The notes under the pieces were generated by a model. It was not told where the DNA came from. It ran no database searches and saw only the letters and a list, made by a program, of their open reading frames with translations. The position numbers were made by a program, and so were the translations under genes. Shown here piece by piece: positions 8,955-18,156 of a DNA stretch of 64,000 nt. Location: the NCBI GenBank assembly GCA_013822275.1, contig PNKC01000006.1, positions 2,667 through 66,666 on the forward strand, read 5' to 3'. Each line of letters begins with the position of its first letter. Within the stretch, counting starts at the first letter, position 1. The DNA is from Anaerolinea sp. (GTDB taxonomy: Bacteria; Chloroflexota; Dehalococcoidia; Tepidiformales; Tepidiformaceae).

Positions 8955-9464
8955 ATGTCGCGCGACTTGGTCGGTGGGCCACCGCTGTTCACCCGAATTG
9001 CCACCAAGTCCACCGCTGGCACATCCGACAACCAGAGTGTTATGGGATTCCTCCGCAAAACGTCGCCACATCGCCGTGTTGAACAGTTGATCCGCCAGGG
9101 TGTCGGTATCCACGAAGCCTCCTGGGCGCTCCCGGAAACGGGCGCCGGCGAGGCGCCGGCGGAGCTGGTGAGCGAGATCGTGAGCTGGGTGCGGCGCTCC
9201 ATGGGCGAGATGCGCCGGCCGTACGGCATCGATCATGTCGCCTTCGCCCTGGCCTGCCGGGACGGCGAGGGGAAAGTGCTCTGCAGCAACTCCCTCGGTG
9301 TCATCCGGCCGGAAGTGTTCTATTCGGAAGAGGGCAACGCCCGCGTAGCGGCATTCTTCCAGGATGTGCACGCGGTGCGAGAGCGGAACCCCGGCGACAT
9401 CGTGGGCGCGCTCCTGAGTCTCGGAGACCTGGCCTACGAAATGGAAGCAGCCCACGCGGCCTGA
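8955..9464 (+). CDS. hypothetical protein
   Basis: 169-aa ORF with coding-like codon bias throughout. Alternative ATG at 9042. No recognisable motif. Confidence 0.5.
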   Translation: MSRDLVGGPPLFTRIATKSTAGTSDNQSVMGFLRKTSPHRRVEQLIRQGVGIHEASWALPETGAGEAPAELVSEIVSWVRRSMGEMRRPYGIDHVAFALACRDGEGKVLCSNSLGVIRPEVFYSEEGNARVAAFFQDVHAVRERNPGDIVGALLSLGDLAYEMEAAHAA

Positions 9465-9506
9465 GCGATTTGGCCTCATCCCCCGCCTCGCCTACAATTC
9501 GCGGCA

Positions 9507-9833
9507 ATGGCAAGCGTGACCAACCCCACCCTCGCGCGCGAACGAATTGAGGCGCAGCTGAACTCGATCGGGCGTCTGCGCGGCGGCGGCCCCAACCCGT
9601 TCGACTACACCATCTGGGATTCCCGGACGATTGAAGTCCTGACCGCGATTTACGGGGAGGGTTCGCCAGAACTGGGCCGCTACCACGAGGCGGCGGGTGT
9701 CCGCGGCCGCCTCCCGGGCGTCCGCGGGGAGGCCGAGAACATGACGCTGAACATCCACGGCCAGTGGGGCATCCTCGGCCGCCTGAACCGGGCGGAGACT
9801 GTCCTCAGGGACCTCGCCGGCTCGCTGGGCTAA
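9507..9833 (+). CDS. hypothetical protein (108 aa)
   Basis: ORF with coding-like third-position bias. Its 3' end overlaps rimI by 4 nt, convergently. No family recognised. Confidence 0.45.
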   Translation: MASVTNPTLARERIEAQLNSIGRLRGGGPNPFDYTIWDSRTIEVLTAIYGEGSPELGRYHEAAGVRGRLPGVRGEAENMTLNIHGQWGILGRLNRAETVLRDLAGSLG

Positions 9834-10411
9834 CCGCGCCCGGCGGCGGGCACACAGCAGCCCGCCACGCGGTTGGATACCCCCGGCAGCATCACAGCTA
9901 ATTCTTCTTCCAGGCGCTGAAGGCGGCGCTGATAGGGCTCACTCGCCAACGGCTCCGTGGTCATCACAACCGCGTCTTCCTGGGTGTCCTGGTAGTAGCG
10001 GGGCCGCAGGCCGACTTCGTAGAAGCCGTACCGCGCGTAGAGCGCCCGCGCGGCCGTGTTCGAGACGCGGCACTCCAACGTGGCATCCAGCATCCCTTCG
10101 CACTGCGCGAGCTGGACGAGGCCATGCACGATGAGACGGCCAAGCCCGTGGCGGCGATACCGCGGCGGGACTGCTACGGTCACCACGTGGGCCTCATCCA
10201 CCATCAGCCAGATGCCGCCAAAGCCGGCAATTTCGCTGCCCGTGTCCAGGACCACGTAGCGCGCCATACGGTTCTGGGTGAGTTCCCGCTCGAAGGCCGT
10301 GGCCGGCCAGTTGTGGCCGAAGGCGCTTCGCTCGACCTCGACAACGGCGGATATGTCTGCCGGCTCCATCCGCCGCAGGATCAGCCGGGAGAAGAGCGAT
10401 GCAGACGCCAT
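9830..10411 (-). CDS. rimI: ribosomal-protein-alanine N-acetyltransferase (GNAT)
   Basis: RimI-like sequence: IRRMEPADISAVVEVERSAF...WP...F..EL, plus GNAT motif A RYRRHGLGRLIV...ARALYARYGF. Confidence 0.75.
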   Translation of the reverse strand: MASASLFSRLILRRMEPADISAVVEVERSAFGHNWPATAFERELTQNRMARYVVLDTGSEIAGFGGIWLMVDEAHVVTVAVPPRYRRHGLGRLIVHGLVQLAQCEGMLDATLECRVSNTAARALYARYGFYEVGLRPRYYQDTQEDAVVMTTEPLASEPYQRRLQRLEEELAVMLPGVSNRVAGCCVPAAGRG

Positions 10412-10414
10412 GCA

Positions 10415-10479
10415 GGAATCGTAGGGGGAATCGGGCGCCGGCGGAATCGGATATCCAAATGACGCATCTCAGGGAATCG
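10415..10479. repeat. four direct copies of GGAATCG in the rimI / 10503 divergent intergenic region
   Basis: Exact heptamers at 10415-10421, 10427-10433, 10443-10449 and 10473-10479. Confidence 0.7.
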
Positions 10480-10502
10480 ATTACGGTGCCGATACTCATG
10501 CT

Positions 10503-11093
10503 GTGGAGCCCATCGCAGAACCCGGCGCCCCAATCACGGTGATCCGCCGCGCCCACCCGACAGTTCAATACCCGGGGAAGGTGAGCGCGAGCCGCCGCGC
10601 AGCGGTCGCCGTGATGTTCGCCGACCCTCCGGCCTGGGACGGCGACGACGACGTGATGCTCATCGTTGGGCCACCGGCCGCCAGGTTCGCGGCAACCGGA
10701 AGGTTCGTCGCCGCCCAGGCTGCCCTCGTCGCGTTCGCCGTGACCGGGCCCTGGCAGCCCCTTGAACTGTCGAAGGCGCCCCGGCGGGCGCTCGACGTGG
10801 TCGCGGAAGTGCGGTCCGTCCTCGGTCAGTCACGCCAGCCGGGCCGCATCCTCGACGTCTCGGCGGAAGGGATGACAGTGGTGGTTGCCACAAAACCGGG
10901 GGGCAAGGCCGTGGACGTCGTCCTGACGCGAGACGGGTTCAGCTCGCATTTTCGCTGCGACACCGTGTCGTCGACTTCCGAGTCCGCAGGCGTGACTCTC
11001 CAACTGACCTATCAGGACCTGACAACGGCGCAGCAAGCTTTCGTGCGCCAGTTGGTGGCGAGCACCGCCAAGCCGCGCGAAGGGGCCGCCTGA
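10503..11093 (+). CDS. hypothetical protein with possible C-terminal PilZ-like domain
   Basis: 196-aa ORF with a GTG start. PRRALDVVAEVRSV...GRILDVSAEGMTVVV resembles the PilZ RxxxR...D/NxSxxG pattern, but the first motif is degenerate. Confidence 0.4.
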   Translation: MEPIAEPGAPITVIRRAHPTVQYPGKVSASRRAAVAVMFADPPAWDGDDDVMLIVGPPAARFAATGRFVAAQAALVAFAVTGPWQPLELSKAPRRALDVVAEVRSVLGQSRQPGRILDVSAEGMTVVVATKPGGKAVDVVLTRDGFSSHFRCDTVSSTSESAGVTLQLTYQDLTTAQQAFVRQLVASTAKPREGAA

Positions 11094-11138
11094 GCGAAAG
11101 CGTGGCCTCCGTCATTCTCCTGGGATAGGATCCCGCCA

Positions 11139-12992
11139 ATGCCTGTCACGCTGGGACACGTCGCGAACTGGACCGTCTCCGGACCGCTGGAACGCGGGCC
11201 GGCGCAGCATGCGTCCGCCGAACTCCGTCGCGCCCTCGAACCATTCCGGACCGGTGCCGAAGCTGGCTCGATCAGGCTTACGACAGGCCCCGGGCCGGGC
11301 GACGGGTTCGTGGTGAGCGTGGCCGCCGAGCGTGTGGAGATCCTGGGGGCGAGCGAGCGCGGTTGCCTGAACGGCGCCTACTGGCTCCTCGAACAGTTGG
11401 GCTTCGCCTGGGTCGCGCCCGGCGACCGCGGGGAGCGCGTCGCCGCCGGCCGGGCGCTCACTGAAGGCGAATACAGGGAGGAGCCGGCGTTCGCGCGCCG
11501 CACGCTCATCCTGGGCCAGGACGCGTTGCACGACGACTGGTGCGAGTGGATGGAGTGGGCGAGCCGCAACCGGCTCAACGACATCTTCTTCCACGACACA
11601 CCGCCGAGCCGCCTGGACCGGGCCGGCAAGGGGCGTCCGGCGGATGCGGCGGGCATCGCCGGGGATGGCGGAGGCTGGTTGTTCGAACGCTGGGACGCGG
11701 ACGGCGCCGCGATCGTTGCGACCGCGCGGCGCAGGGGGATGACGGTCCAGTTTGGCGGCCACCACCTCCCGGCGCTCCTCGACCGCGACCTGTTCGATTC
11801 CCACCCGGACTGGTTTCCTCTGCGTGGGGGCAGGCGCGACCCGCGCTATAACGTGTGTGTTTCCAGCGAGGGGGCGCGCGCGCATCTCCGGGCAAACGCC
11901 CGCCGGTTCTTCGAGCGGTTCAGTGGCGCGGATACATATCACCTCTGGGCAGACGACATCCGCAGCGGTGGATGGTGCGAATGCGGCCCCTGCCAGGCCC
12001 TCGAGCCAGCCGGCCAGGCGCTCGCGGCGACGAACGTCGTCGCGGCGGCACTGGCGGAGACGGCGCCCGGGGCCCGCCTCGCCCATCTCGCCTACCGCGA
12101 CACCCTCGGCCCTCCGGCCGGCGTCCGGCCGCTCGCGAACGTCGACCTCCTCTGGGCGCCGCGGGAGCGCTGCTACGCCCACGCCATTGCCGACCCCGAG
12201 TGCGGACGCAACCGGGACGAATTCTGGAAGCCCTTCACCCGATTACTCGGGACGTTTGCCAACGACCGGTCGCGAGTAAGCGTCTTCGAGTACTACAGCG
12301 ATGCTGTCCTGTTTAAGTGGCTGGCGCCGCCGGCGTTGGAGACCCTCCCCCGGGACGCCGCCGCCTACGCGGCAGCGGGCGCGGGCAACCTGCAAGACCT
12401 GATGGTGGGGCCACGCCCGTGGCTCGGGCCTCCATGGCACGCCTGGTGGATGGCGAAATGCGCCTGGCAGCCATCGGCCAGCGTGGACGAAGCCCTTACC
12501 GCGTTCTGCGACGCGGCCTACCCCGAGGCAGGGGACGAAATGGTTCAGTACTACCGCGCGCAGGACCAGGCCTGCCGCCTGATCCTGGACCGGCATGACC
12601 TGCGGCCCCTGGAACGCCACGATGTGCTCGACTTTTCGGACTCCCCGCGCGAGACGATGGTCCGGAAGGTCGCGGAGCTGCGGGATGCGGCGGCGCGGCT
12701 GGACGGTCTGCGCCGGACTCTCCAGGAGGGCAGTGGCTGGATGGCGCTCGAAGCGCTCCAGGCGGGGCTCTCATGGCATGTGGCGGCCCACCTCGCCCAC
12801 CGCCTGGCCGCCTGGGAGGCGTCGCTGCGGGGAGACGGGGTGGACGCCGGACCGGAGCTGGCGCTGGCAACCGGGCATCTTGAGTGGCTGGAGCGCTGGG
12901 AAACGGAGTCCAACTCAGCGGCCTACGCCAACTTGGGCCGTCCCATGCTGCGGGCAATGCGCTTTCACACCGGCAACATCGGCCGGAGCTGA
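11139..12992 (+). CDS. DUF4838-like (glycoside-hydrolase-like) protein
   Basis: 617-aa ORF. The N-terminal region (ILGASERGCLNGAYWLLEQLGFAWVAPG) and NRLNDIFFHD resemble DUF4838 / GH-like proteins. Assigned from memory of the family. Confidence 0.45.
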   Translation: MPVTLGHVANWTVSGPLERGPAQHASAELRRALEPFRTGAEAGSIRLTTGPGPGDGFVVSVAAERVEILGASERGCLNGAYWLLEQLGFAWVAPGDRGERVAAGRALTEGEYREEPAFARRTLILGQDALHDDWCEWMEWASRNRLNDIFFHDTPPSRLDRAGKGRPADAAGIAGDGGGWLFERWDADGAAIVATARRRGMTVQFGGHHLPALLDRDLFDSHPDWFPLRGGRRDPRYNVCVSSEGARAHLRANARRFFERFSGADTYHLWADDIRSGGWCECGPCQALEPAGQALAATNVVAAALAETAPGARLAHLAYRDTLGPPAGVRPLANVDLLWAPRERCYAHAIADPECGRNRDEFWKPFTRLLGTFANDRSRVSVFEYYSDAVLFKWLAPPALETLPRDAAAYAAAGAGNLQDLMVGPRPWLGPPWHAWWMAKCAWQPSASVDEALTAFCDAAYPEAGDEMVQYYRAQDQACRLILDRHDLRPLERHDVLDFSDSPRETMVRKVAELRDAAARLDGLRRTLQEGSGWMALEALQAGLSWHVAAHLAHRLAAWEASLRGDGVDAGPELALATGHLEWLERWETESNSAAYANLGRPMLRAMRFHTGNIGRS

Positions 12993-13013
12993 GCGGCGAA
13001 GGCGGGACAAAGC

Positions 13014-13045
13014 GAAGAGCCGCGAAGCAAACTTCACGGCTCTTC
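13014..13045 (+). terminator. hairpin downstream of the 11139-12992 gene
   Basis: 14-bp stem GAAGAGCCGCGAAG / CTTCACGGCTCTTC with one C-A mismatch and a CAAA loop. No T tract. Confidence 0.4.
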
Positions 13046-13217
13046 AGAGGAGGTCATCGCTGCGCGAGTGGAGCGGACACTCCGCGCGTTGACCGCCTCA
13101 GGCGCATCGTAGCGCTTTCGGCACAAAAGTCCAGAGGAAAATCCCAGAGTTTTGTGAATTTTTCGCAGGCAATGCCTCTCGCTTCCCCGGTCGGCGGCAA
13201 GGGCGTTAACTAGGGGC

Positions 13218-13850
13218 GTGCACGCACTGCTGATCGCGCATGGCGAAGCGCCTTCGACGGCCCTTCTTCGCATCCTCGCGGGCGTTGCGGACCTCGTCGT
13301 CGCGGCGGACGGCGGCGTTTCCCACGCCCTCGCCGCCGGTATCAAAGTGGACGCGGTGGTGGGCGACCTTGACTCCCTCACGGCGGAACAGCGCTCGCTG
13401 CTGGGGCCGGGGGTGGTGGAGTGGGTCCAGGACGCGGACACGACGGACCTCCAGAAGGCGATCGCCTACGCGATCGCCCGCGGCGCGGTGACGATCGACA
13501 TCGTGGCAACGGGAGGTGGCCGCGTGGACCACGCCCTGGCGAACCTCTCCGTCCTGCTCCTTTCTCGCGGCAAGGCGCGGCTCCGGATCATCGACGACCA
13601 GTTCGAGGTCAGCCTCGTGGAGGGGGTCGCCGTCATTGAAGGAGAGCCGGGCACCGTGGTCTCGCTCGTGGCCATCGGGCAGGCGGAAGGCGTCACAACC
13701 ACCGGCATGCGCTGGGACCTGGACGACTACCCTCTTGCCTTCAGCCCATACGGCATCCACAACGAATTGAGGACGAGCCCCGCGCGAGTTACCGTCCGCC
13801 GCGGAGACGTACTTCTGTTCCGGGGGCGCTGGGTGGAAAAACACAGGTAA
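13218..13850 (+). CDS. thiamine diphosphokinase
   Basis: VVAADGG...VVGDLDS...DTTDLQKA...ATGGGRVDHALAN is the TPK catalytic-domain pattern. GTG start. Confidence 0.8.
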   Translation: MHALLIAHGEAPSTALLRILAGVADLVVAADGGVSHALAAGIKVDAVVGDLDSLTAEQRSLLGPGVVEWVQDADTTDLQKAIAYAIARGAVTIDIVATGGGRVDHALANLSVLLLSRGKARLRIIDDQFEVSLVEGVAVIEGEPGTVVSLVAIGQAEGVTTTGMRWDLDDYPLAFSPYGIHNELRTSPARVTVRRGDVLLFRGRWVEKHR

Positions 13851-13967
13851 AGCGGCAGGGGGTGCCCGTCACCCTGGCGGCCGGCAGCGCCATAGCTCAG
13901 GTGCCGGGCCAAGAGGCCCGCCGGGCCCCAACCGCGGGGGCGCCCGGACAGAAAAGGAGACACCTTC

Positions 13968-14741
13968 ATGTTCAAGTGGATCATCAACAGCAGGCTCGCC
14001 ACCGTGGGAGTGGCCGGGGTCATCGCCGTGGGCATCCTTAGCGCGGCCTCGGTGGCGATGGCGGATGAGCCGGACCGGCCGGGCGGCCAGCTCGGCGCCG
14101 AACGCCACGGCCCCGGGCGCATCGCGGGCATCGTCATTGGCAAGGTGCTGGAGAATGCCGGAGTTACGCGCGACGAACTCAAACAGGGCGCCAGCGAAGA
14201 CATGACGTTCGCCGAAATCATCACCGCGTATGGTGACAAGAGCGTAGAGCAGGCGAAGGCGGACGCCCTGGCGGCGCTCGACACGCGCCTCGCCCAGGCC
14301 GTTGCGGCCGGCAAGCTGACGCAGGAGAAGGCGGACCAGATTGAAGCCGCCGCCCCTGCGGCGTTCGACAAGCTGATGGCCGCCAAACCAGGCGACCACA
14401 AACCCGGCGACAACCGTCGCGGTGGCAAGGTTGCCGGCATCGCCAGGCACGCCCTTAAGACGGTCGCCGAGACGCTCGGCATGGAACCAAAGGAACTTCT
14501 CACGCAGTTGCGCGGCGGCGCGACGATCGCCGGCGTTGCCGGTGATCAGACCGATGAAGTGGTTGCCGCGCTCACGGCTGAGGCGAACGCCGCTATCGAC
14601 AAGGCTGTCGCCGACGGCAAGATCACGGCCGAGCAGGGCGCCGCGGCGAAGTCGAAAGTTGGCGAACGGATCGAGGCGTTCGTCAACAACGAACATCCGG
14701 GCAAGGGCCCGAAGCTCCCGCGGGGGCCGAGGACGAACTAA
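13968..14741 (+). CDS. secreted hypothetical protein with two related helical repeats
   Basis: Signal peptide MFKWIINSRLATVGVAGVIAVGILSAASVAMA and RBS AAAGGAGA. Internal repeat: ALAALDTRLAQAVAAGKLTQEKADQIEAAAPAAFDKL versus VAALTAEANAAIDKAVADGKITAEQGAAAKSKVGERI. Confidence 0.6.
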   Translation: MFKWIINSRLATVGVAGVIAVGILSAASVAMADEPDRPGGQLGAERHGPGRIAGIVIGKVLENAGVTRDELKQGASEDMTFAEIITAYGDKSVEQAKADALAALDTRLAQAVAAGKLTQEKADQIEAAAPAAFDKLMAAKPGDHKPGDNRRGGKVAGIARHALKTVAETLGMEPKELLTQLRGGATIAGVAGDQTDEVVAALTAEANAAIDKAVADGKITAEQGAAAKSKVGERIEAFVNNEHPGKGPKLPRGPRTN

Positions 14742-14762
14742 ACCTCAACGACCGCCGCGGGT

Positions 14763-16946
14763 TTACGAACCGCCAGCCGGCGAGCCACCTGGAAGCGGGG
14801 GGTGGTCCGCCGGCCTTTCCACGTTCACGTCCGGGAGCAGCCTGTCGAGCCACTTCGGCATCCACCAGTTCGCATCGCCAAGCAGCTCCATGGTCGCCGG
14901 GACAAGCACCAGGCGGACGATTGTGGCGTCCACGAAGATGGCTGTCGCGAGGCCGATGCCGAACTCCTTGATCACCCGGTCCGTGCCAAGGACGAACGAA
15001 CCGAAGACGGCGACCATGATGGCGGCGGCGGCTGTGATGACCCGCGCCGTTGCGGCGAGGCCGTGGCTCACGGCGGTGGCGTTGTCCCCGGTCTGGAGGT
15101 ATTCCTCGCGGATGCGGCTGATGAGGAACACTTCGTAATCCATGGAGAGGCCGAAGAGGATGGCGAACATCATCATCGGCAGAAACGTTTCCACGGGACC
15201 TTTCTGGATTCCCAGGAGGTCCGCCCCCCAACCCCACTGGAAGACGGCGATGACGACGCCGTAGGCCGCGCCTATCGAGAGCAGATTCATGATTGCGGCC
15301 TTCAGGGCGACCAGCACGGAGCGGAAGACCGTCATGAGAAGGATGAAGCTTAGCCCGATGACGCCACTGAAGAGCAGTGGCATGCGGCTGGTGATCTTCT
15401 CCTGAGCATCAACGTTGCCGGCGGTCGCGCCAGTCACCAGGAGCGCAACCCCGCTGCCCGAAACGGTGGCAGGCAGCGTCTCGTCGCGAAGACGGTGGAC
15501 CAGGTCCGTCGTCTCATTGCTCTGGGGCGAAGTGCCGGGGATCAGCGTGATGAGCGCCGTATCCCCGCTGGGATTAAAGACCGCCGGGTTGGCCGCAACG
15601 ACGTTTGGGGTAGCGAGGATGTTCTCGACAGCGGAATCCGTGATCCTTGCGCGGGCCGCGGGGTCCGTTTCCGCCGCGAGGTCGGCGACGACGAAGAGCG
15701 GGCCATTGAAGCCGGGGCCGAAGCCTTTGGCCAACAAGTCGTAGGCCTGCCGCGGGCGGCTGTTTTCGGGAAGGTTACCGGCATCGGTGAAGCCGAGCTC
15801 CATCCTCAAGATCGGCGAGGCGAGGAAGAGGAGGAGCGCGGCGGCCGAAAGGAAGTAGACGATGGGCCGGCGTTGAATCTGCCTGCTCAGGCGATACCAG
15901 CCGCTGTTGGTATCGACACCCTCCGTGCTGTGGAGGAAGGGCACGCGCCAGCGGTCGATCCGCGTGCCGGCCAGGGAAAGCAACGCGGGCATGAGCGTGA
16001 TCGAGACCAGGACGGACGCCACCACCACCACCGCCCCGGCCGTCCCAAGCGCGGCCACGAACGGCAGCCCAACAACGAACAACCCGAGAAAAGAGACGGC
16101 CACCACGATGCCCGCGAAGATCACGGAACGCCCGGCGGTGGTGACGGCGAGGACGATCGAGTCCTCGACGCTCTTGCCGGTGTGCAGGCCCTCACGGAAG
16201 CGGGTGACGACGAGCAGGCTGTAGTCGATCCCGACGCCGAGGCCGATCATGGCGGCGAACTGGGGGCTGAAATCCGGCAACTTCCAGACGTTTGCCCCCA
16301 GGGCGATGAAGGCGAAGCCCGTTACGAGGCCGACGACCGCGGCGCTCAGGGGAAGGCCCATGGCCACGACCGACCCAAACGCGATCAGGAGGATGAGCAT
16401 GGCGGCGAGGAAGCCGAGTCCCTCGGAACCGAACGCCTCGTCACCGTTCGCCCAGACCACGGCGCCGCCGGCCTCAACGCGCAGGCCGGGGCTGTCCGCT
16501 TCGTCCACAAGGGCGATGAATTGCTTGAAATCCGCGGGCTTTACATCGAAACCGAGCGTGGACCAGCGCACCACCGCCCTGCCGATGGTCCCGCTGGCAG
16601 AGATATTGCCCGGCGAATCGTAGGGCGACTCAACTTCGACAACGCCGGGGATCAGGGCCACATCCTTGAGCAGCGCTTCGATTTTCGCCTGCGTCGCAGG
16701 CTCGGCGATCCCGGCGCGGGCTTCGAACACGAGGTCCGCGTCTTCTCCGGAACGGTCCGGGAAGCGGTCTTCGAGGAGGTCCTGGGCACGCTGCGATTCC
16801 GCTCCCGGGTTCTTGAACTCGGAAATGAACTCCCCGCCGAACCTGACCTGGGTGAACAGCATGATAACGACGACGAGCGCCCAGGCGCCGATCACCGTGC
16901 CGCGGCGCCTGTGAGAAAAGCGCGCCCACCGTTCGAGAAGACCCAT
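14763..16946 (-). CDS. MMPL family (RND superfamily) transporter
   Basis: ORF 14763-17015 trimmed to the ATG at 16946. Twelve-TM, two-lobe MMPL layout with duplicated GLGVGIDYSLL / GLSMDYEVFL motifs. Confidence 0.85.
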   Translation of the reverse strand: MGLLERWARFSHRRRGTVIGAWALVVVIMLFTQVRFGGEFISEFKNPGAESQRAQDLLEDRFPDRSGEDADLVFEARAGIAEPATQAKIEALLKDVALIPGVVEVESPYDSPGNISASGTIGRAVVRWSTLGFDVKPADFKQFIALVDEADSPGLRVEAGGAVVWANGDEAFGSEGLGFLAAMLILLIAFGSVVAMGLPLSAAVVGLVTGFAFIALGANVWKLPDFSPQFAAMIGLGVGIDYSLLVVTRFREGLHTGKSVEDSIVLAVTTAGRSVIFAGIVVAVSFLGLFVVGLPFVAALGTAGAVVVVASVLVSITLMPALLSLAGTRIDRWRVPFLHSTEGVDTNSGWYRLSRQIQRRPIVYFLSAAALLLFLASPILRMELGFTDAGNLPENSRPRQAYDLLAKGFGPGFNGPLFVVADLAAETDPAARARITDSAVENILATPNVVAANPAVFNPSGDTALITLIPGTSPQSNETTDLVHRLRDETLPATVSGSGVALLVTGATAGNVDAQEKITSRMPLLFSGVIGLSFILLMTVFRSVLVALKAAIMNLLSIGAAYGVVIAVFQWGWGADLLGIQKGPVETFLPMMMFAILFGLSMDYEVFLISRIREEYLQTGDNATAVSHGLAATARVITAAAAIMVAVFGSFVLGTDRVIKEFGIGLATAIFVDATIVRLVLVPATMELLGDANWWMPKWLDRLLPDVNVERPADHPPLPGGSPAGGS

Positions 16947-16966
16947 TAAGCAACCCCTATCCCACC

Positions 16967-16980
16967 GGGATGTGCATCCC
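16967..16980. promoter_or_regulatory. 14-bp palindrome upstream of the MMPL start (possible operator)
   Basis: GGGATG-TG-CATCCC, 21 nt upstream of the ATG at 16946. Confidence 0.3.
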
Positions 16981-17105
16981 GCATTCCACCTTACAAGAAG
17001 CGTGTTACGGGACAACGCTCAGCTCGCGCGGGAGTTGCGGGCGAGCGCGCGCCGGCCAGGTGCAAAGGCGCGCCGAACTGGCTTAACCCCGCCGATAGAG
17101 ACGAT

Positions 17106-17114
17106 TGATATAAT
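17106..17114 (+). promoter_or_regulatory. extended -10 promoter element upstream of the moxR operon
   Basis: TGaTATAAT at 17106-17114, about 83 nt upstream of the moxR start. No clear -35. Confidence 0.45.
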
Positions 17115-17196
17115 CGCTGCAAATCCGGGGGCCGCCGCGCCGGGCGGCGCCACTTGGCCTGTCCCTCAGGCCACCATCTTACTGCGGAGTGCCTGA

Positions 17197-18147
17197 GTGG
17201 AAGAACCAAAGGTTATTGCCGAGCGAATCATCTCAAACGTCGAACAGGTCATCGTCGGCAAGCAGCGCGAGTTGCGCCTGGCGATCACGGCCCTCATCTG
17301 CGGCGGGCACATGCTCATCGAAGACGTGCCGGGCGTGGGCAAGACGATGCTCGCGCGGGCGATCGCCGTCTCCACGGGCTGCGAGTTCCGGCGCATTCAG
17401 TTCACCCCGGACCTGCTGCCGAGCGACATCACCGGGGTGTCCATCTTCAACCAGAAGACGGGCGACTTCGAGTTCCGGCCGGGCCCGATCATCGCCCAGA
17501 TCGTGCTCGCCGACGAGGTGAACCGGGCCACCCCCAAGACGCAATCGGCGCTCCTGGAGGCCATGGAGGAGCGGCAGGTTACGGTCGACGGCATTACGCA
17601 CAAGATGCCACAGCCGTTCATGGTCATGGCGACACAGAACCCAATCGAGTACGAAGGCACATTCCCCCTGCCCGAGGCGCAGGTGGACCGCTTCCTCATC
17701 CGCATCTTCCTGGGCTACCCAAGCCCAACGGACGAAGTGTTGGTGCTGGACCAGCAGCAGATCACCCACCCCGTTGAAACCATCAAGCAGGTCACCGACG
17801 CGACCGAAATCCTCCAACTCCAGCGCGCCGTGAAGGAGATCTACGTCGATCCGCTCATCAAGCAGTACATCGTCCAGCTCGCGAACGCCACGCGCGACCA
17901 CGAGTCGGTCTACCTGGGCGCCAGCCCGCGCGGCTCGCTGGCCCTGTTCCGCACGTCCCAGGCTAAAGCGCTGCTTGAGGCACGCGACTTCGTGACCCCG
18001 GACGACGTGAAAGAACTCGCGCTGGTGACGCTCGGCCACCGCATCATCCTGAGCCCGGGCGCAAAGGTGAAGGGCGTAACGGTTGCCGATGTCGTCGCGA
18101 ACTGCCTCAGCCGCGTCCCGGTGCCGGGCGCGCGGGCGCGGGCGTAA
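17197..18147 (+). CDS. MoxR-like AAA+ ATPase
   Basis: [19 protein letters not shown] (Walker A), [23 protein letters not shown] (Walker B / sensor) and a MoxR C-terminal lid. Confidence 0.9.
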   Translation: MEEPKVIAERIISNVEQVIVGKQRELRLAITALICGGHMLIEDVPGVGKTMLARAIAVSTGCEFRRIQFTPDLLPSDITGVSIFNQKTGDFEFRPGPIIAQIVLADEVNRATPKTQSALLEAMEERQVTVDGITHKMPQPFMVMATQNPIEYEGTFPLPEAQVDRFLIRIFLGYPSPTDEVLVLDQQQITHPVETIKQVTDATEILQLQRAVKEIYVDPLIKQYIVQLANATRDHESVYLGASPRGSLALFRTSQAKALLEARDFVTPDDVKELALVTLGHRIILSPGAKVKGVTVADVVANCLSRVPVPGARARA

Positions 18148-18156
18148 GCGAGAACC

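Noticed and set aside
13046-13217. Possible TPP riboswitch upstream of the thiamine pyrophosphokinase gene
   Set aside because: The conserved THI-element segments (CUGAGA and ACCUGAUCUGGAUAAUGCCAGCG-like) are absent. Only a weak A/T-rich 7-bp inverted repeat (CACAAAA / TTTTGTG) is present.
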